A stretch of DNA of 64,000 nucleotides from Gemmatimonadales bacterium (lineage in GTDB: Bacteria; Gemmatimonadota; Gemmatimonadetes; Gemmatimonadales; GWC2-71-9), in NCBI GenBank assembly GCA_025937755.1, contig JAICQR010000001.1, forward strand, positions 1,542-65,541. The letters run 5' to 3'. The notes beneath the pieces were generated by a model, which worked only from the letters and a program-made list of their open reading frames with translations, had not been told where the DNA came from and made no database searches. Shown here piece after piece: positions 18,034 through 27,785 of the stretch (its first letter is position 1; every line of letters begins with the position of its first letter). The position numbers and the translations under genes were made by a program.

Positions 18034-21000
18034 CCGTCTATCCGTCCTGCCGTCTTGCCGTCTTGCCGTCTTGCCGCCCTCCGCTCCACCGCCGCGTACG
18101 CGGTCGGCAGCAGGAAGAACGTCACCAGCGTGGCGCTGACCGAGCCGCCGATCACGCCGGCGGCAAGCGGCTGGTAGAGTTCGCCGCCACTGCCGAAGCC
18201 GAACACCAGCGGCAGCACGCCGGTCACAGTGGTGAGTGAGGTCATCGCGATGGCGCGGAGCCGCTGGTGGCCGCCCAGGAGCACCGACTCGTCGATCCCG
18301 TGGCCTGCGGCCCGGAACCGGCGGATGGCGTCGAGCTTGACGACCGCGTCGTTGTCGGCGATGCCGATCATCACGATGATGCCGATGAGCGAGACCGCGT
18401 TGAGGCTCTGCCCGGTGAGCCAGAGCAGCAGGATGCCTCCGGCACCAGCCAGTGGCACGGTCAGCATTACTACCAGCGGAGTGCTGAAGCTGCTGAACTC
18501 ACCGGCAAGCACCAGGAACACGAGCGCCACCGACAGCACCGCCACCAGCAGCAGTTCGCGAGTGGTACGCTGCTGTTCTTCGTCGGCGCCCGTCACTTCC
18601 CATCGCATGCCTGCCGGCACCTCAACGCGCTCGAGTGCCTCACGCACGTCGCGTGACGCCCGGGCGGTACCACCTGCTTCGACCACTGCTTCCACCACCG
18701 CCACCGGACGCTGCCCGACCCGTACCACTTCCACTGGTGCGCGAGTCTCCTCAACCGACACCAGCTGGCCTACGGGAATCCCTTGCACCGGCGTCCTGAG
18801 CGCGGCAGCCAGGTTCTCGTTGGCGCTGCCGGCCAGCCGCACCCTGATGGGAGTGCGCCGGTCGGTCTCGCGTAGTTCGCTGGCCTCGACGCCACCCAAG
18901 CCGCCGGCCAGTGCGTCGGCCACGGCATCGACCGAGATGCCCCGCTCGGCGATGCGCTGCCGTTCCAGCGCGATCTCCACCTGCGGCTGGGTGCCGGCGT
19001 AGCCGTCACGCACGTCGGCCAGCCTCGGCAGGGAGTCGAGCGCTGCCCTCACGGTCGCGGCGAAACTCTCGGCTTCGTCCGCCCGTGCAGCCGAGATCTC
19101 CACCCGCACCAGCCGCCCCTCGCGACCGATCAGGCTGCCGAACTCCGACTGTCCCGCGAGGTCGAGCGCCAGCGCACCGCTCGCCAGGTCGGGCACCGCG
19201 GCGCGGAGTCCTTCGGCAAATCGCTCGGCAGACGTGCCGTCGGGCACCGGAATCAGGATCTGCGCCGTGGCCGAAGTGCCGGGGTCGGCGCCGGCCAGTA
19301 CCTCTTCGTCGGTGGCCAGGCCCACACGGGCATACACATCGGTGGCACCGAGCTCCCGCGCCGCGTCTTCGATACGCGCTGTCTGCTCGGTAGTGGTCTC
19401 GATGGCGCTGCCTTCAGGGAGCCGCAGTTCCGCCACCACCGTGCCTTCGTCCACCTGCGGCAGAATCTCCCGCGGCAGCCGCAGCGCCACCAGTGCCGTA
19501 ATCACCACCACGGCGAACGCCATGCCGAAGACCTCGCGCGGATGCGCCAGCGACCAGCGCATACCGCGGTCGTACCAGGCGGCGAGGCGGTCCCCGAGTA
19601 CCGAAAGGCGGTCGAGGCGGTCAGCGCGGTCGACATCTTCGCTGGTCACCGACCGCCTTGTCCCCCCTGACCGCCTTGACCGCCCTATGATCATCACCGG
19701 CATCAGCGTCAGCGCCAGCAGCAGCGACGCCGCCAGCGAGGTCACCACGCTCAACGAGAGATCCCGGAACAGCGCCGCTGCCAGCCCCCGTACGAACACG
19801 ATCGGCCCGAACACCAGCAGGGTCGTCAGCGTGCCTGCGATCAGCGGGCCGGAGACCTCGGAACACGCCTGCCGCGCAGCGTCGGCTATCGGCATTCCCT
19901 GTTCACGGAGCCGGCTGGTGGCTTCCGCCACGACGATGGCGTTGTCCACCAGCAGGCCGACGCCTAGCGCCAGTCCGCCGAGCGAGAGGATGTTGATGCT
20001 CACGTCGAGCATCTGCAGCACCACCAGCGCCATCAGTACCGACAGCGGGACAATCAGGCCGATGGCAAGGGAACTGCGCCAGTCGCGCAGGAACAGCAGG
20101 ATTACCAGCAGCGACAGAATCCCGCCCAGGAAGATTTCCTGGATCAGGTTGCCCAGTGCAGCGGTGACGAAGTCGGCCTGGGCCGCTACCAGCGTCATGC
20201 TGAACTGGGGAAACTCCTCTTCCAGCGCACCGATGGACTCCATGATGCCTTCGGTGACCTGCACCGTGTTGCTGCCGGCGTCCTTGTAGACCACGAGGCC
20301 GACCGCCGATGCACCATCGAGCCGGGTGAGCGTCCGCGGATCGGCGGCGGCCACGCGTACAGTCGCCACGTCGGCCAGCTGGACCCCACTGCCGGCCGGG
20401 CCGATCGGCGTCATGCCGACCTGTTCCGGGCTGGTGAACTCGGTGAGCGCCCGCACCGAAAAGCGGAACTGTCCTCGGCGGATGGTGCCGCCAGGCGCGC
20501 TCTGGTTGGCGGAGCGGATGGCGGTGGCAATTTCCTCGGGCGAGAGTCCCAGCGCGCGCATCCGCTCGGGATCCACGTCCACCCGGATCTCATCTTCCGG
20601 TGCGCCCACCACCGCTACGCTGGCGACGCCGTCGAGCTGCTCCAGCCTTCGGCTATGGACATCGAGCGCCGTGCGAGCCAGCGAGCGGAGATCGCCTTCG
20701 CCGGTGAGTGCCAGCACCGCGATGGGCCGTTCGCCCGGGTCGCTTGTCAGGAGTGTTGGTCGTTCGGCGCCGTCAGGGAGAGCTTCGCGGGCATTATCGA
20801 GCTGCTCGCGCACCCGGAGCACCGTGCTGGCCATGTCGGTGCCCCACGCGAACTGCGCGGTCGTGGTCGCCTCGCCATTGCGGCTAACGGAGCGAAGCTC
20901 CAGCAGACCCGGTGTCGCCGAGAGCGCCTGCTCCAGCGGCTCGGCCACGAAGCGCGACACTTCGGTGGCGGCGGCACCGGGGTACGCCGTGCGGACCGTG

Positions 21001-21134
21001 AGCACCGGCAGGGTGACGTCGGGCAGCAATGAGACCGGCAGCCGGGTGAGCGACACCGATCCCAGCAGCACCACCGCGATGGTCGCGGCGACGGTGGTGA
21101 CGGGACGTGAGATCGAGTAGGCGGAGAGCGACAT
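18030..21134 (-). CDS. RND efflux permease (AcrB/HAE family), first of a tandem pair
   Basis: 1034 aa. MSLSAYSISRPVTTVAATIAVVLLGSVSL..AYPGAAATEVS family N-terminus. Confidence 0.85.
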   Translation of the reverse strand: MSLSAYSISRPVTTVAATIAVVLLGSVSLTRLPVSLLPDVTLPVLTVRTAYPGAAATEVSRFVAEPLEQALSATPGLLELRSVSRNGEATTTAQFAWGTDMASTVLRVREQLDNAREALPDGAERPTLLTSDPGERPIAVLALTGEGDLRSLARTALDVHSRRLEQLDGVASVAVVGAPEDEIRVDVDPERMRALGLSPEEIATAIRSANQSAPGGTIRRGQFRFSVRALTEFTSPEQVGMTPIGPAGSGVQLADVATVRVAAADPRTLTRLDGASAVGLVVYKDAGSNTVQVTEGIMESIGALEEEFPQFSMTLVAAQADFVTAALGNLIQEIFLGGILSLLVILLFLRDWRSSLAIGLIVPLSVLMALVVLQMLDVSINILSLGGLALGVGLLVDNAIVVAEATSRLREQGMPIADAARQACSEVSGPLIAGTLTTLLVFGPIVFVRGLAAALFRDLSLSVVTSLAASLLLALTLMPVMIIGRSRRSGGTRRSVTSEDVDRADRLDRLSVLGDRLAAWYDRGMRWSLAHPREVFGMAFAVVVITALVALRLPREILPQVDEGTVVAELRLPEGSAIETTTEQTARIEDAARELGATDVYARVGLATDEEVLAGADPGTSATAQILIPVPDGTSAERFAEGLRAAVPDLASGALALDLAGQSEFGSLIGREGRLVRVEISAARADEAESFAATVRAALDSLPRLADVRDGYAGTQPQVEIALERQRIAERGISVDAVADALAGGLGGVEASELRETDRRTPIRVRLAGSANENLAAALRTPVQGIPVGQLVSVEETRAPVEVVRVGQRPVAVVEAVVEAGGTARASRDVREALERVEVPAGMRWEVTGADEEQQRTTRELLLVAVLSVALVFLVLAGEFSSFSTPLVVMLTVPLAGAGGILLLWLTGQSLNAVSLIGIIVMIGIADNDAVVKLDAIRRFRAAGHGIDESVLLGGHQRLRAIAMTSLTTVTGVLPLVFGFGSGGELYQPLAAGVIGGSVSATLVTFFLLPTAYAAVERRAARRQDGKTAGRIDG
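18034..18081. repeat. Octamer tandem array (CCGTCTTG x6, degenerate) at the RND-RND junction
   Basis: CCGTCTAT CCGTCCTG CCGTCTTG x3 CCGCCCTC lies inside the last 16 codons of the upstream RND gene. The unit is not a multiple of 3. Confidence 0.85.
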
Positions 21135-21140
21135 GTAGTC

Positions 21141-21205
21141 GAGAGTTGAGAGTAGAGAGTTGAGAGTTGGCTCTTAGCTCTCGACTCTCGACTCTTGACT
21201 CATGA
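21141..21205. repeat. Inverted heptamer arrays (GAGAGTT x4 / CTCTCGA x4)
   Basis: The 21141-21168 arm is intergenic. The 21178-21205 arm lies inside the MFP C-terminal codons (..SQESRVES). Confidence 0.85.
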
Positions 21206-22289
21206 CTACCTTCACCGGCGCGTCATGCGTCAGCGTCAGGTGCCCCTCAACCAGCACCGTGTCGCCCACCGCCACCGGGATCTGGCTGCTGGCGGAGTCG
21301 GGAAGCACTTCAGTCTCCCGGCCGTTGCTGCGCCCGGGATTGATGTACACCCACTGGGCCCGGCCGCCCTTCACCACGAACACCAGCGGGCGACCGCTGC
21401 GCTCCACCACCGCGCTGGCCGGCACCAGGATTCGATCGTCGAGTCGAGTGGATTCCAGCCGCACCTCGGCGGACATGCCCGGACGGAGGACGCCATTGCT
21501 GCGAAAGCGCACCAGCGCCCGGCCAGCACGGGTGACGGTGTCCACCAGTGGAAGCACCGCCGCAACCCGGCCGGTGATCTCCCGGCCAGGGGCTGCGGCC
21601 GAGGTGATCAGTGCCGTGCCACCTGAGCGGATGAGCGGAAGATCGTGCTCCAGCACCGAGGCCTCGATTTCGAGATCGTTCACATCGACAACGGTAGCGA
21701 TGGCATCGCCAGCGGCGACCCGGGTGCCGGGAGCCACATCGACGCGATCCACCACGCCGGTGAAGGGCGCGCGGATTACGGCCCGCTCGCGCTCGAGCTT
21801 TGCCCGGTCGAGACTGATCCGGGCGGTCTCGAGGCCCGAACTGGACGCCACGGCAGCACGTCGCTCCGGGCTGGGCGCCTGTCCTGATACCACCGAGTCG
21901 GGAATGATTACGCCGGCGTAGCGAGCCTCGGCCTCGCGGACGGCGGCCTCGGCGGCGGCGACTTCGAGATCGAACGGCTGGGGATCAAGAGCCACGAGCA
22001 GCTGGCCCCTGGTAACCCGCTGCCCCGGCTGTACCGGCACCCGCTGCACCGTGCCGGTGGCCTCGGCGCGGAGGCGTGCGACGGCGTCAGAGCGGACCTG
22101 GCCCCGGGTCGCAACCGTGAGGACCAGGTCGGCCCGCTGGACGGTGTCGCCGACGACAGGGAGGGAGAGCGTCGAGCTGCTGGATGCGGCGGTCGAGTCG
22201 GCGGAGGTTTCGTCCCCTTCGCCGTCCTTGCAAGCGGCGAGGGAGAGAGCCAGCAGCAAGGTGGCGACCAGCGGGCGTCCGGCGTCCAT
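21174..22289 (-). CDS. Efflux RND periplasmic adaptor (MFP) lipoprotein
   Basis: Lipobox LLLALSLAAC. Hairpin coiled-coil LVALDPQPFDLEVAAAEAAVREAEARY. Sits upstream of two RND genes (MdtABC-like order). Confidence 0.8.
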   Translation of the reverse strand: MDAGRPLVATLLLALSLAACKDGEGDETSADSTAASSSSTLSLPVVGDTVQRADLVLTVATRGQVRSDAVARLRAEATGTVQRVPVQPGQRVTRGQLLVALDPQPFDLEVAAAEAAVREAEARYAGVIIPDSVVSGQAPSPERRAAVASSSGLETARISLDRAKLERERAVIRAPFTGVVDRVDVAPGTRVAAGDAIATVVDVNDLEIEASVLEHDLPLIRSGGTALITSAAAPGREITGRVAAVLPLVDTVTRAGRALVRFRSNGVLRPGMSAEVRLESTRLDDRILVPASAVVERSGRPLVFVVKGGRAQWVYINPGRSNGRETEVLPDSASSQIPVAVGDTVLVEGHLTLTHDAPVKVVMSQESRVES

Positions 22290-22424
22290 CGGCGCTCCCG
22301 TAACGGGGGTGACGGATATCTGGGGTTACAGGGTCAGGATGCGCCGAGGGTCGGGAGGGACGCAGCGGCGCGAGGCCCCGAGACAATATGTGGGGAAATG
22401 GTCAATTGTGCGTCAATGCATTGC

Positions 22425-23597
22425 TCACCGCTCAACTCGCCACACCGTGATATACGGATACCCCTCGTCCCCTGTCCCGGTGGTCACCACCCTATCGTCT
22501 CCGACCCACTCCGGGTACTCGTCGAGCTTCCATGGGGTGACGAGCGTGCCCCGCCAGATCCCCTCGGGAGAAAACACGTCGTAGTGCCGAGTCTCAGCAC
22601 CGGGCACGAAAATCGGCACCCACACATTGCCGGCGCCATCAGCGGTGAGCCCGGGCATCGGCTCGGCTTCCGCCGGTATGTCGGAGAAGTTCATCACCTG
22701 GTTGACCGTGGCCTCGCCCACCTGCTCCCGCACATTCTCGGTCACTTCGTCGTAGCGCGCGCGACGGGCCTCCTCCGGCCGCTCGACCGGCGTCCAGCTC
22801 CGGCGGACCACCCGGATCGAATCGCCCTCGAAGGTGCGTTCCAGGTATTCGTATCGTCCGGTCCAGCCTCGAAGCACGGTGCCGGCCGGCGTGATCGCGG
22901 TGACGTCGTACGGCTGGTACGGAATGCTGTAACTCATGCTGCCGCCCTCGATCACGAACCTCCAGAGTTTCTGGGGCGGCCCGATCCGGGGGAGCATGAC
23001 CGTATCAGTCTCGCCCGAGCGCACGTCAATCCGCACAAAGGCACCCGATGCGGTGGAATCGGTGTCGTGGGAAGTGCGCACATACACCCGCCCGCTGTCA
23101 TCACTGAATACGGCGGCATAGTGGCAGCATGGTGCGGGGTAGGTATTGAGCAGCGTTCCAGCAGAGTCGAATACGGTGAGCCGGGCCAGCCGGGGGTCGT
23201 CCACCACGATGTAGCCGCCAAAGGCGATTGGGTTGACACTCTGATACTCGCCCGGCCCCTCGCCCTGACGCCCGACCTGCCGGACCAGGGTGCCGTCCAG
23301 CTCCAGCAGTCGGAGCGACGCCGGACTGCTTTCTTCCACCAGCAACCGCCCCGCCCCGTCGAGCGTGACGTTGGAGGGCGACACGATCGCGCCGGCGGTG
23401 TCGTCGCTTCCTTCCAGCTTCGCGATCTCGACGATCCGCCACTGTCCGCTTGAGTCGCTCCAGTCGGTGGGTGTGGTATTGCTGACCGTGACCACACCGG
23501 TCGCCGACGTGTCAACCGTATAGCCGACGCTCGCCTGGGAATCAGCGCAGGCAGCGAGCAACACAACCGTACCAGCCAACCATCCCCGTATCCGCAT
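22425..23597 (-). CDS. 6-bladed beta-propeller (NHL/TolB-like) lipoprotein, paralog 5
   Basis: Lipobox MRIRGWLAGTVVLLAAC. Blade motif VGRQGEGPGEYQSVNPIAF. Paralogous to 23654, 24843, 26476 and 28489. Confidence 0.75.
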   Translation of the reverse strand: MRIRGWLAGTVVLLAACADSQASVGYTVDTSATGVVTVSNTTPTDWSDSSGQWRIVEIAKLEGSDDTAGAIVSPSNVTLDGAGRLLVEESSPASLRLLELDGTLVRQVGRQGEGPGEYQSVNPIAFGGYIVVDDPRLARLTVFDSAGTLLNTYPAPCCHYAAVFSDDSGRVYVRTSHDTDSTASGAFVRIDVRSGETDTVMLPRIGPPQKLWRFVIEGGSMSYSIPYQPYDVTAITPAGTVLRGWTGRYEYLERTFEGDSIRVVRRSWTPVERPEEARRARYDEVTENVREQVGEATVNQVMNFSDIPAEAEPMPGLTADGAGNVWVPIFVPGAETRHYDVFSPEGIWRGTLVTPWKLDEYPEWVGDDRVVTTGTGDEGYPYITVWRVER

Positions 23598-23653
23598 TTC
23601 CTGTCCCTTTCACGCAGTTGCGGTTCCCCTCACGTAGTTGCAGTCCCGCTGTC

Positions 23654-24853
23654 TCATTCCCGCACAATCGTGTACCTCACCACCCTCGGCAGCCCCTCGG
23701 AATCCTCCTCGCGGACGTAGACCGCGTCCCGTCCCCAGGCTGCCTGCCAGGCCGGAATCAGTCCCGGCGCATTCACCCGTCCCAAGTACACGCCCGTCGA
23801 ATCGAACACGTCGAACCGGGTCAGCGACGAGTCGGCGTCGAGTGTGACCCAGATGGCACCGGTGGCGTCCTGGGCGATCGCTGCAAATGCCGACAGGTGG
23901 GAGGGAATGTCGTCCCTGGACATCTGCCTCCGAACCTGGACTTCGTCCGTGCCACCTTCGATGATCGGCGCGATTCGCGCCTCGTACGCCCGATCGCGCC
24001 GGTCGTCTTCCAGGGGCTCGGCGGTCCACGCCCTCCCGAACACCGCCATGGTATCGCGTCCGGTCTCACTCATCACCAGGCGATACTCGCCCGACCAGCC
24101 GTGGATCACGCCGCCTGATTGGCGATAACCAAAGTAGGTGCCAGGCGAGAAGAGCACGGGCATCGTCATTCGACGCCGCTCGCCTTCCATGAGGGTCCAC
24201 AGCGGCACCTCGACTTCCGGCTCCGGCAACAGCAGCGTATCGAGCATGGTACCCAGCGTGTCGTAGCGATACAGCACCCACGAGACGTGCATGTCGGGTG
24301 TGTTCATCGCCAGCACCAGGACACGGCCCTCGTCATCCATCGCCGGAGTTGCGAAGTAGCAGCAGGCGGTGCTCCAGCTGCGGACGAAGGTGCCCGATGT
24401 GTCGAATAGCGAGGCACGCGCGACCTGCGGATCCTGCACCAGCAGGCGGCTGCCCCGCACCGCGAGGAATGCCACCTTGAACTCGCCCGGGCCCTCGCCG
24501 TCGCGACCAATGGTGCGGACGAACGCGCCGGTCGAGTCGTAGACCTTGATCACCGCCGGATCGGTATCGGCGACATACACCGTGCCGTCCTCCCCAACCG
24601 CAACATCACCCGGATTGATCAACTCGCCGGGCGCGCCGATGCCACCCTCAAGTTCTCCGTCGGGAACCAGCTTCCAGCCGAGTGTGTCGGCCCATGCCGT
24701 GGGCCCTGGGGACATCACCTCGATGATCCCGCCAGGCAGGGTGTCCACCGTCGCCTCGGCGAGCGGCAGGGCGTCGGTGCCGGCACAGCCGGCCACCAGC
24801 ATCGTCAGCACGCAGGAGCTGCCGATGTGTGATACCACGAAATCAGTTGCCAT
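23654..24853 (-). CDS. 6-bladed beta-propeller lipoprotein, paralog 4
   Basis: Trimmed to Met26 (..SSCVLTMLVAGCAG lipobox). VYVADTDPAVIKVYDSTGAFVRTIGRDGEGPGEF. Start ambiguous (24853 ATG or 24835 GTG). Confidence 0.7.
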   Translation of the reverse strand: MATDFVVSHIGSSCVLTMLVAGCAGTDALPLAEATVDTLPGGIIEVMSPGPTAWADTLGWKLVPDGELEGGIGAPGELINPGDVAVGEDGTVYVADTDPAVIKVYDSTGAFVRTIGRDGEGPGEFKVAFLAVRGSRLLVQDPQVARASLFDTSGTFVRSWSTACCYFATPAMDDEGRVLVLAMNTPDMHVSWVLYRYDTLGTMLDTLLLPEPEVEVPLWTLMEGERRRMTMPVLFSPGTYFGYRQSGGVIHGWSGEYRLVMSETGRDTMAVFGRAWTAEPLEDDRRDRAYEARIAPIIEGGTDEVQVRRQMSRDDIPSHLSAFAAIAQDATGAIWVTLDADSSLTRFDVFDSTGVYLGRVNAPGLIPAWQAAWGRDAVYVREEDSEGLPRVVRYTIVRE

Positions 24854-25937
24854 TCCTGGCTGACACCTGAGAAGGCGAAAGCGTTGCACGCACGATGGCC
24901 ACATGCCAGAATCCGCTCGAGTCCTCACGCGCGGTGAACAGCGTGTCGCCCGATACCGGAGACACCAGTTCCGGCAACTCGAGGCTGGCCACTTGCCGCC
25001 CCGACTCGAGGTCGATCAGGTCGATCACTCCATCCAGCAGCTGATCCGGGCTCACGAACACCAGGCCGCTCCCGGTGCCGTCCGCGCCACCACTGGTTTC
25101 GACCGAGGCCAGGGCTTCCTTCCATCCTTCCGCCGCTAAGGTGCCAAGCACCCAGAGCTTCCCATCACCAGCCCGTGACAGACCCTGAACCCGTGGCAGC
25201 GGAGGCGACTCGGGGCCCATGCGAGCTGCCGGGTCGAATTCAACCTGCGGGTGCCAGCTGGCGGCGATTCGTCGGCCCGAGTCGAGGTGACCGTCGTGAC
25301 TCCAATGATCGATGCGATAGGTCCCATCCATGGGCACCGTCCACCATCCGGTGCCTCCGTCGCTCACCGCGACGAAGTCGACATTGATCAGCCCCGAGTC
25401 GACCGCCGAGAGCGAGCGCAGGTACACGCCACTTGGGTCGTGGAGGTGCAGGCGCGCTCCGCGACTGTCGGGGGTTTCTCGCCAGCCGAGCGCGAGCAGG
25501 TTGCCTGACGTGTCGCTCCAGATCCGCTGCGGCTGCAAGGGGAGGGCGGCGTCCCTCACCTGAGTGAGCCCCGGGTCAAGCATGCGAAGACTGCGCCGAG
25601 ATGCCACAACAACGCTGTCTCCGCGCGTCTGCGTCGCCGCAAGCACCTCGCGAAACTCGCCGGGCCCGTCACCGGTGCGGCCAAGGTAATCCAAAAAGGC
25701 GCCGTCGGCGCCGAAGACCAGCGGCTTGCCCCCGAACGGCCCCCCCTCGACCACGAGATACCGTCCGTCAGCAAGGTGCACCACGCTGGTGGGAGGTCCC
25801 GACACTTCACCCGGGCCCGAACTGGTCTGCAACTGCACAACCGTGTCGAGCGCGATGCCGGGGCTGTCAGCCCGATCCGTGCCGCAGGCAGCCAGCAAGA
25901 CGACGGCGGCCAGGGCGATGTGAGAGGCAGGTTTCAT
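24843..25937 (-). CDS. 6-bladed beta-propeller lipoprotein, paralog 3
   Basis: Trimmed to Met48 (MKPASHIALAAVVLLAACG lipobox). LGRTGDGPGEFREV. Confidence 0.7.
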   Translation of the reverse strand: MKPASHIALAAVVLLAACGTDRADSPGIALDTVVQLQTSSGPGEVSGPPTSVVHLADGRYLVVEGGPFGGKPLVFGADGAFLDYLGRTGDGPGEFREVLAATQTRGDSVVVASRRSLRMLDPGLTQVRDAALPLQPQRIWSDTSGNLLALGWRETPDSRGARLHLHDPSGVYLRSLSAVDSGLINVDFVAVSDGGTGWWTVPMDGTYRIDHWSHDGHLDSGRRIAASWHPQVEFDPAARMGPESPPLPRVQGLSRAGDGKLWVLGTLAAEGWKEALASVETSGGADGTGSGLVFVSPDQLLDGVIDLIDLESGRQVASLELPELVSPVSGDTLFTAREDSSGFWHVAIVRATLSPSQVSARNGN

Positions 25938-26081
25938 CCAACCCAACTTACCACCAGATCCAGCACGAGCGACCCCGGAGCGAACCCGGCCTGTCGGTGC
26001 CGGTCTCTCCGGGGTCCTCGCATGCATGGCGCCTGGCCTGTTCCGCTTCGCTGACTGCTGGTGGCGCCAGCTTCTCACTTC

Positions 26082-26474
26082 TCACTTGGTTGCTATAACC
26101 ACCATCCCGTTCTTTGCATCAGGATCATGATTCTGTGGGTCGTACGGCAGCAGCACCCGCATCTCGGTCACCTGGTCCAGCACCCGGTCTTCTCGCGCCG
26201 GGCAGTCCCGCGCGATCGCGTGCACCCGGCCCAGTGGAATCCCGTTCACCACCAGCAGCACGGGATCCCGGTTCCGGTAGCCATGGTTTCCCGGCTCGGA
26301 CTCGAGGCGCGTCAGCATCCGGTTCGCCAGGCAACCGTACTCCCGCTGCGAGGCGCTGTCGGGGGACCCTGCGACCGTCATCGGTGCGACCCCGCTGTTG
26401 ACACCCTCCGGTGCGCATGCGCCGCCCAATGCCAGCGCCACGCCGACGATCGCTGCCGCCGCACGGTTCGTCAT
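26082..26474 (-). CDS. Small lipoprotein with TonB-dependent-receptor plug-like C-terminal motif
   Basis: Trimmed to Met14 (MTNRAAAAIVGVALALGGAC). C-terminus PVLLVVNGIPLG...NGMVVIATK resembles the start of a plug domain. The start is 1 nt after the upstream propeller stop. Confidence 0.55.
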   Translation of the reverse strand: MTNRAAAAIVGVALALGGACAPEGVNSGVAPMTVAGSPDSASQREYGCLANRMLTRLESEPGNHGYRNRDPVLLVVNGIPLGRVHAIARDCPAREDRVLDQVTEMRVLLPYDPQNHDPDAKNGMVVIATK

Positions 26475-26475
26475 G

Positions 26476-27570
26476 TCAGCTCTCCCGGACCGGTTGCCAG
26501 GCGCAGTCGTCATCCTCCACCAGCAGCTTGCGAATCACCGTGACCACCGGCTCCGCCTGCGTCAGCTGCTCCAGCACCAGCAGCGTATCTCCGCGGAATG
26601 CGATCACCGGCTGGGTCTCGCCCACCAGCGTGACTCGTGCATCGACACACGCCCGGGTCCGATCCGCCGACAGCAGGCTGGCGAACACCTCGGATTCGAT
26701 GGCATTGCCATCGAGAACCTGGTCGAAGTGCACCGTGACGATGCTCCCGTCCGAACGGCGGTGCAGGCCAAACAGCGCGCTGATCGCAGAGAACATTTCC
26801 GGGAAGGGCGTTGCCGGATCGGCCATCTTCTGCAGCGCTTCACGGGTCACTCCCTTGCGCCGGACAGCAGGAACCGTCACCTCGTCGACCGGTACACCGT
26901 CCGGGCCGGCCACCATGATTTCGCTGGTTCCGCTGAAGGCGACCAGCAGGCTGTCGCCCCACGCATCCACCCGTACCGCGTGGTGAATGCCGGCCAGAGG
27001 AGGTATCGCACGATAGGTGTCGGGAATGGGCAGGACTGGGCGCAGGATCGTGTCCGCCGTCCACTTGGTGAGTCCAGTCGCTTCATCCTGATTGGTGCCG
27101 GCCAGCCAGACGTCGAGACCAATCACCGCCGCATCGCGGACGATTGCCGCCGTCGAGATGCCGAAGAGCAACTCGTGCGATGGATCGAAAACGCTTATCC
27201 GATCCAGTTCGGCGTCCGAGACAGCGATCGTACCGTCCGGGCGTTCGATGACAGCGAACGGGCTGGCGAACTCTCCCGGGCCCTTCCCCTTGCCGCCGAA
27301 CATCCCCACCAGCCGGCCGTGGGCGTCGAAGTGGAGCACCCGCGCCTGCATGCCATCGGTGACCAGGTAGCCGCCGTCCGCCAGTGGCGACAGGTAATCC
27401 GGCTCGCCGAGGTAGATCGAGTCGTTCTCCTCCAGCACGACGCTGTCGCTGAACACCACGGTTGGTGGCGTCCCCTTCCCGACCGCGTCGCCGCCCGGCG
27501 CTCCGTCCCCGCTGCATGCGGCCGCCAGCACAACCAGCGCCGGCGGCCACAACCAGGATCGCCGCGTCAC
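26476..27570 (-). CDS. 6-bladed beta-propeller lipoprotein, paralog 2
   Basis: Start moved to GTG 27570 (VTRRSWLWPPALVVLAAACSG lipobox), which overlaps the mini-protein A stop as GTGA. FGGKGKGPGEFASPFAV. Confidence 0.7.
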   Translation of the reverse strand: MTRRSWLWPPALVVLAAACSGDGAPGGDAVGKGTPPTVVFSDSVVLEENDSIYLGEPDYLSPLADGGYLVTDGMQARVLHFDAHGRLVGMFGGKGKGPGEFASPFAVIERPDGTIAVSDAELDRISVFDPSHELLFGISTAAIVRDAAVIGLDVWLAGTNQDEATGLTKWTADTILRPVLPIPDTYRAIPPLAGIHHAVRVDAWGDSLLVAFSGTSEIMVAGPDGVPVDEVTVPAVRRKGVTREALQKMADPATPFPEMFSAISALFGLHRRSDGSIVTVHFDQVLDGNAIESEVFASLLSADRTRACVDARVTLVGETQPVIAFRGDTLLVLEQLTQAEPVVTVIRKLLVEDDDCAWQPVRES

Positions 27571-27755
27571 GGATTCATGTCCTCGTACGTGTACCTGAAG
27601 CAGGGGCACTGGAAGAAGTCTTTCCAGCAGTCGGCGGGGCAGCCGCCGCATGCGTCCCGCCAGAACCATTCACGCGGGGCGGGCACCGCCAGCGCCGGAC
27701 GAGCCAGCATCGTCAGCATGACGCCAAGCAGCAGGGCAGAGATGATTCGGGACAT
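27567..27755 (-). CDS. Secreted Cys/Trp-rich mini-protein A (62 aa)
   Basis: Sec signal MSRIISALLLGVMLTMLARPALA. AGGAGG SD 7 nt upstream of the ATG. Mature part VPAPREWFWRDACGGCPADCWKDFFQCPCFRYTYEDMNP (5 Cys). Paralogous to the neighbouring mini-protein B. Confidence 0.75.
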   Translation of the reverse strand: MSRIISALLLGVMLTMLARPALAVPAPREWFWRDACGGCPADCWKDFFQCPCFRYTYEDMNP

Positions 27756-27785
27756 TGGTGCCTCCTGTCGATGGCGACGGCCGGA

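Noticed and set aside
22414-22423. 10-bp palindrome CAATGCATTG next to the propeller 5 stop, as a possible TetR-type operator of the RND operon.
   Set aside because: It is a single short palindrome, no regulator gene is nearby, and I could not place it relative to a convincing promoter.
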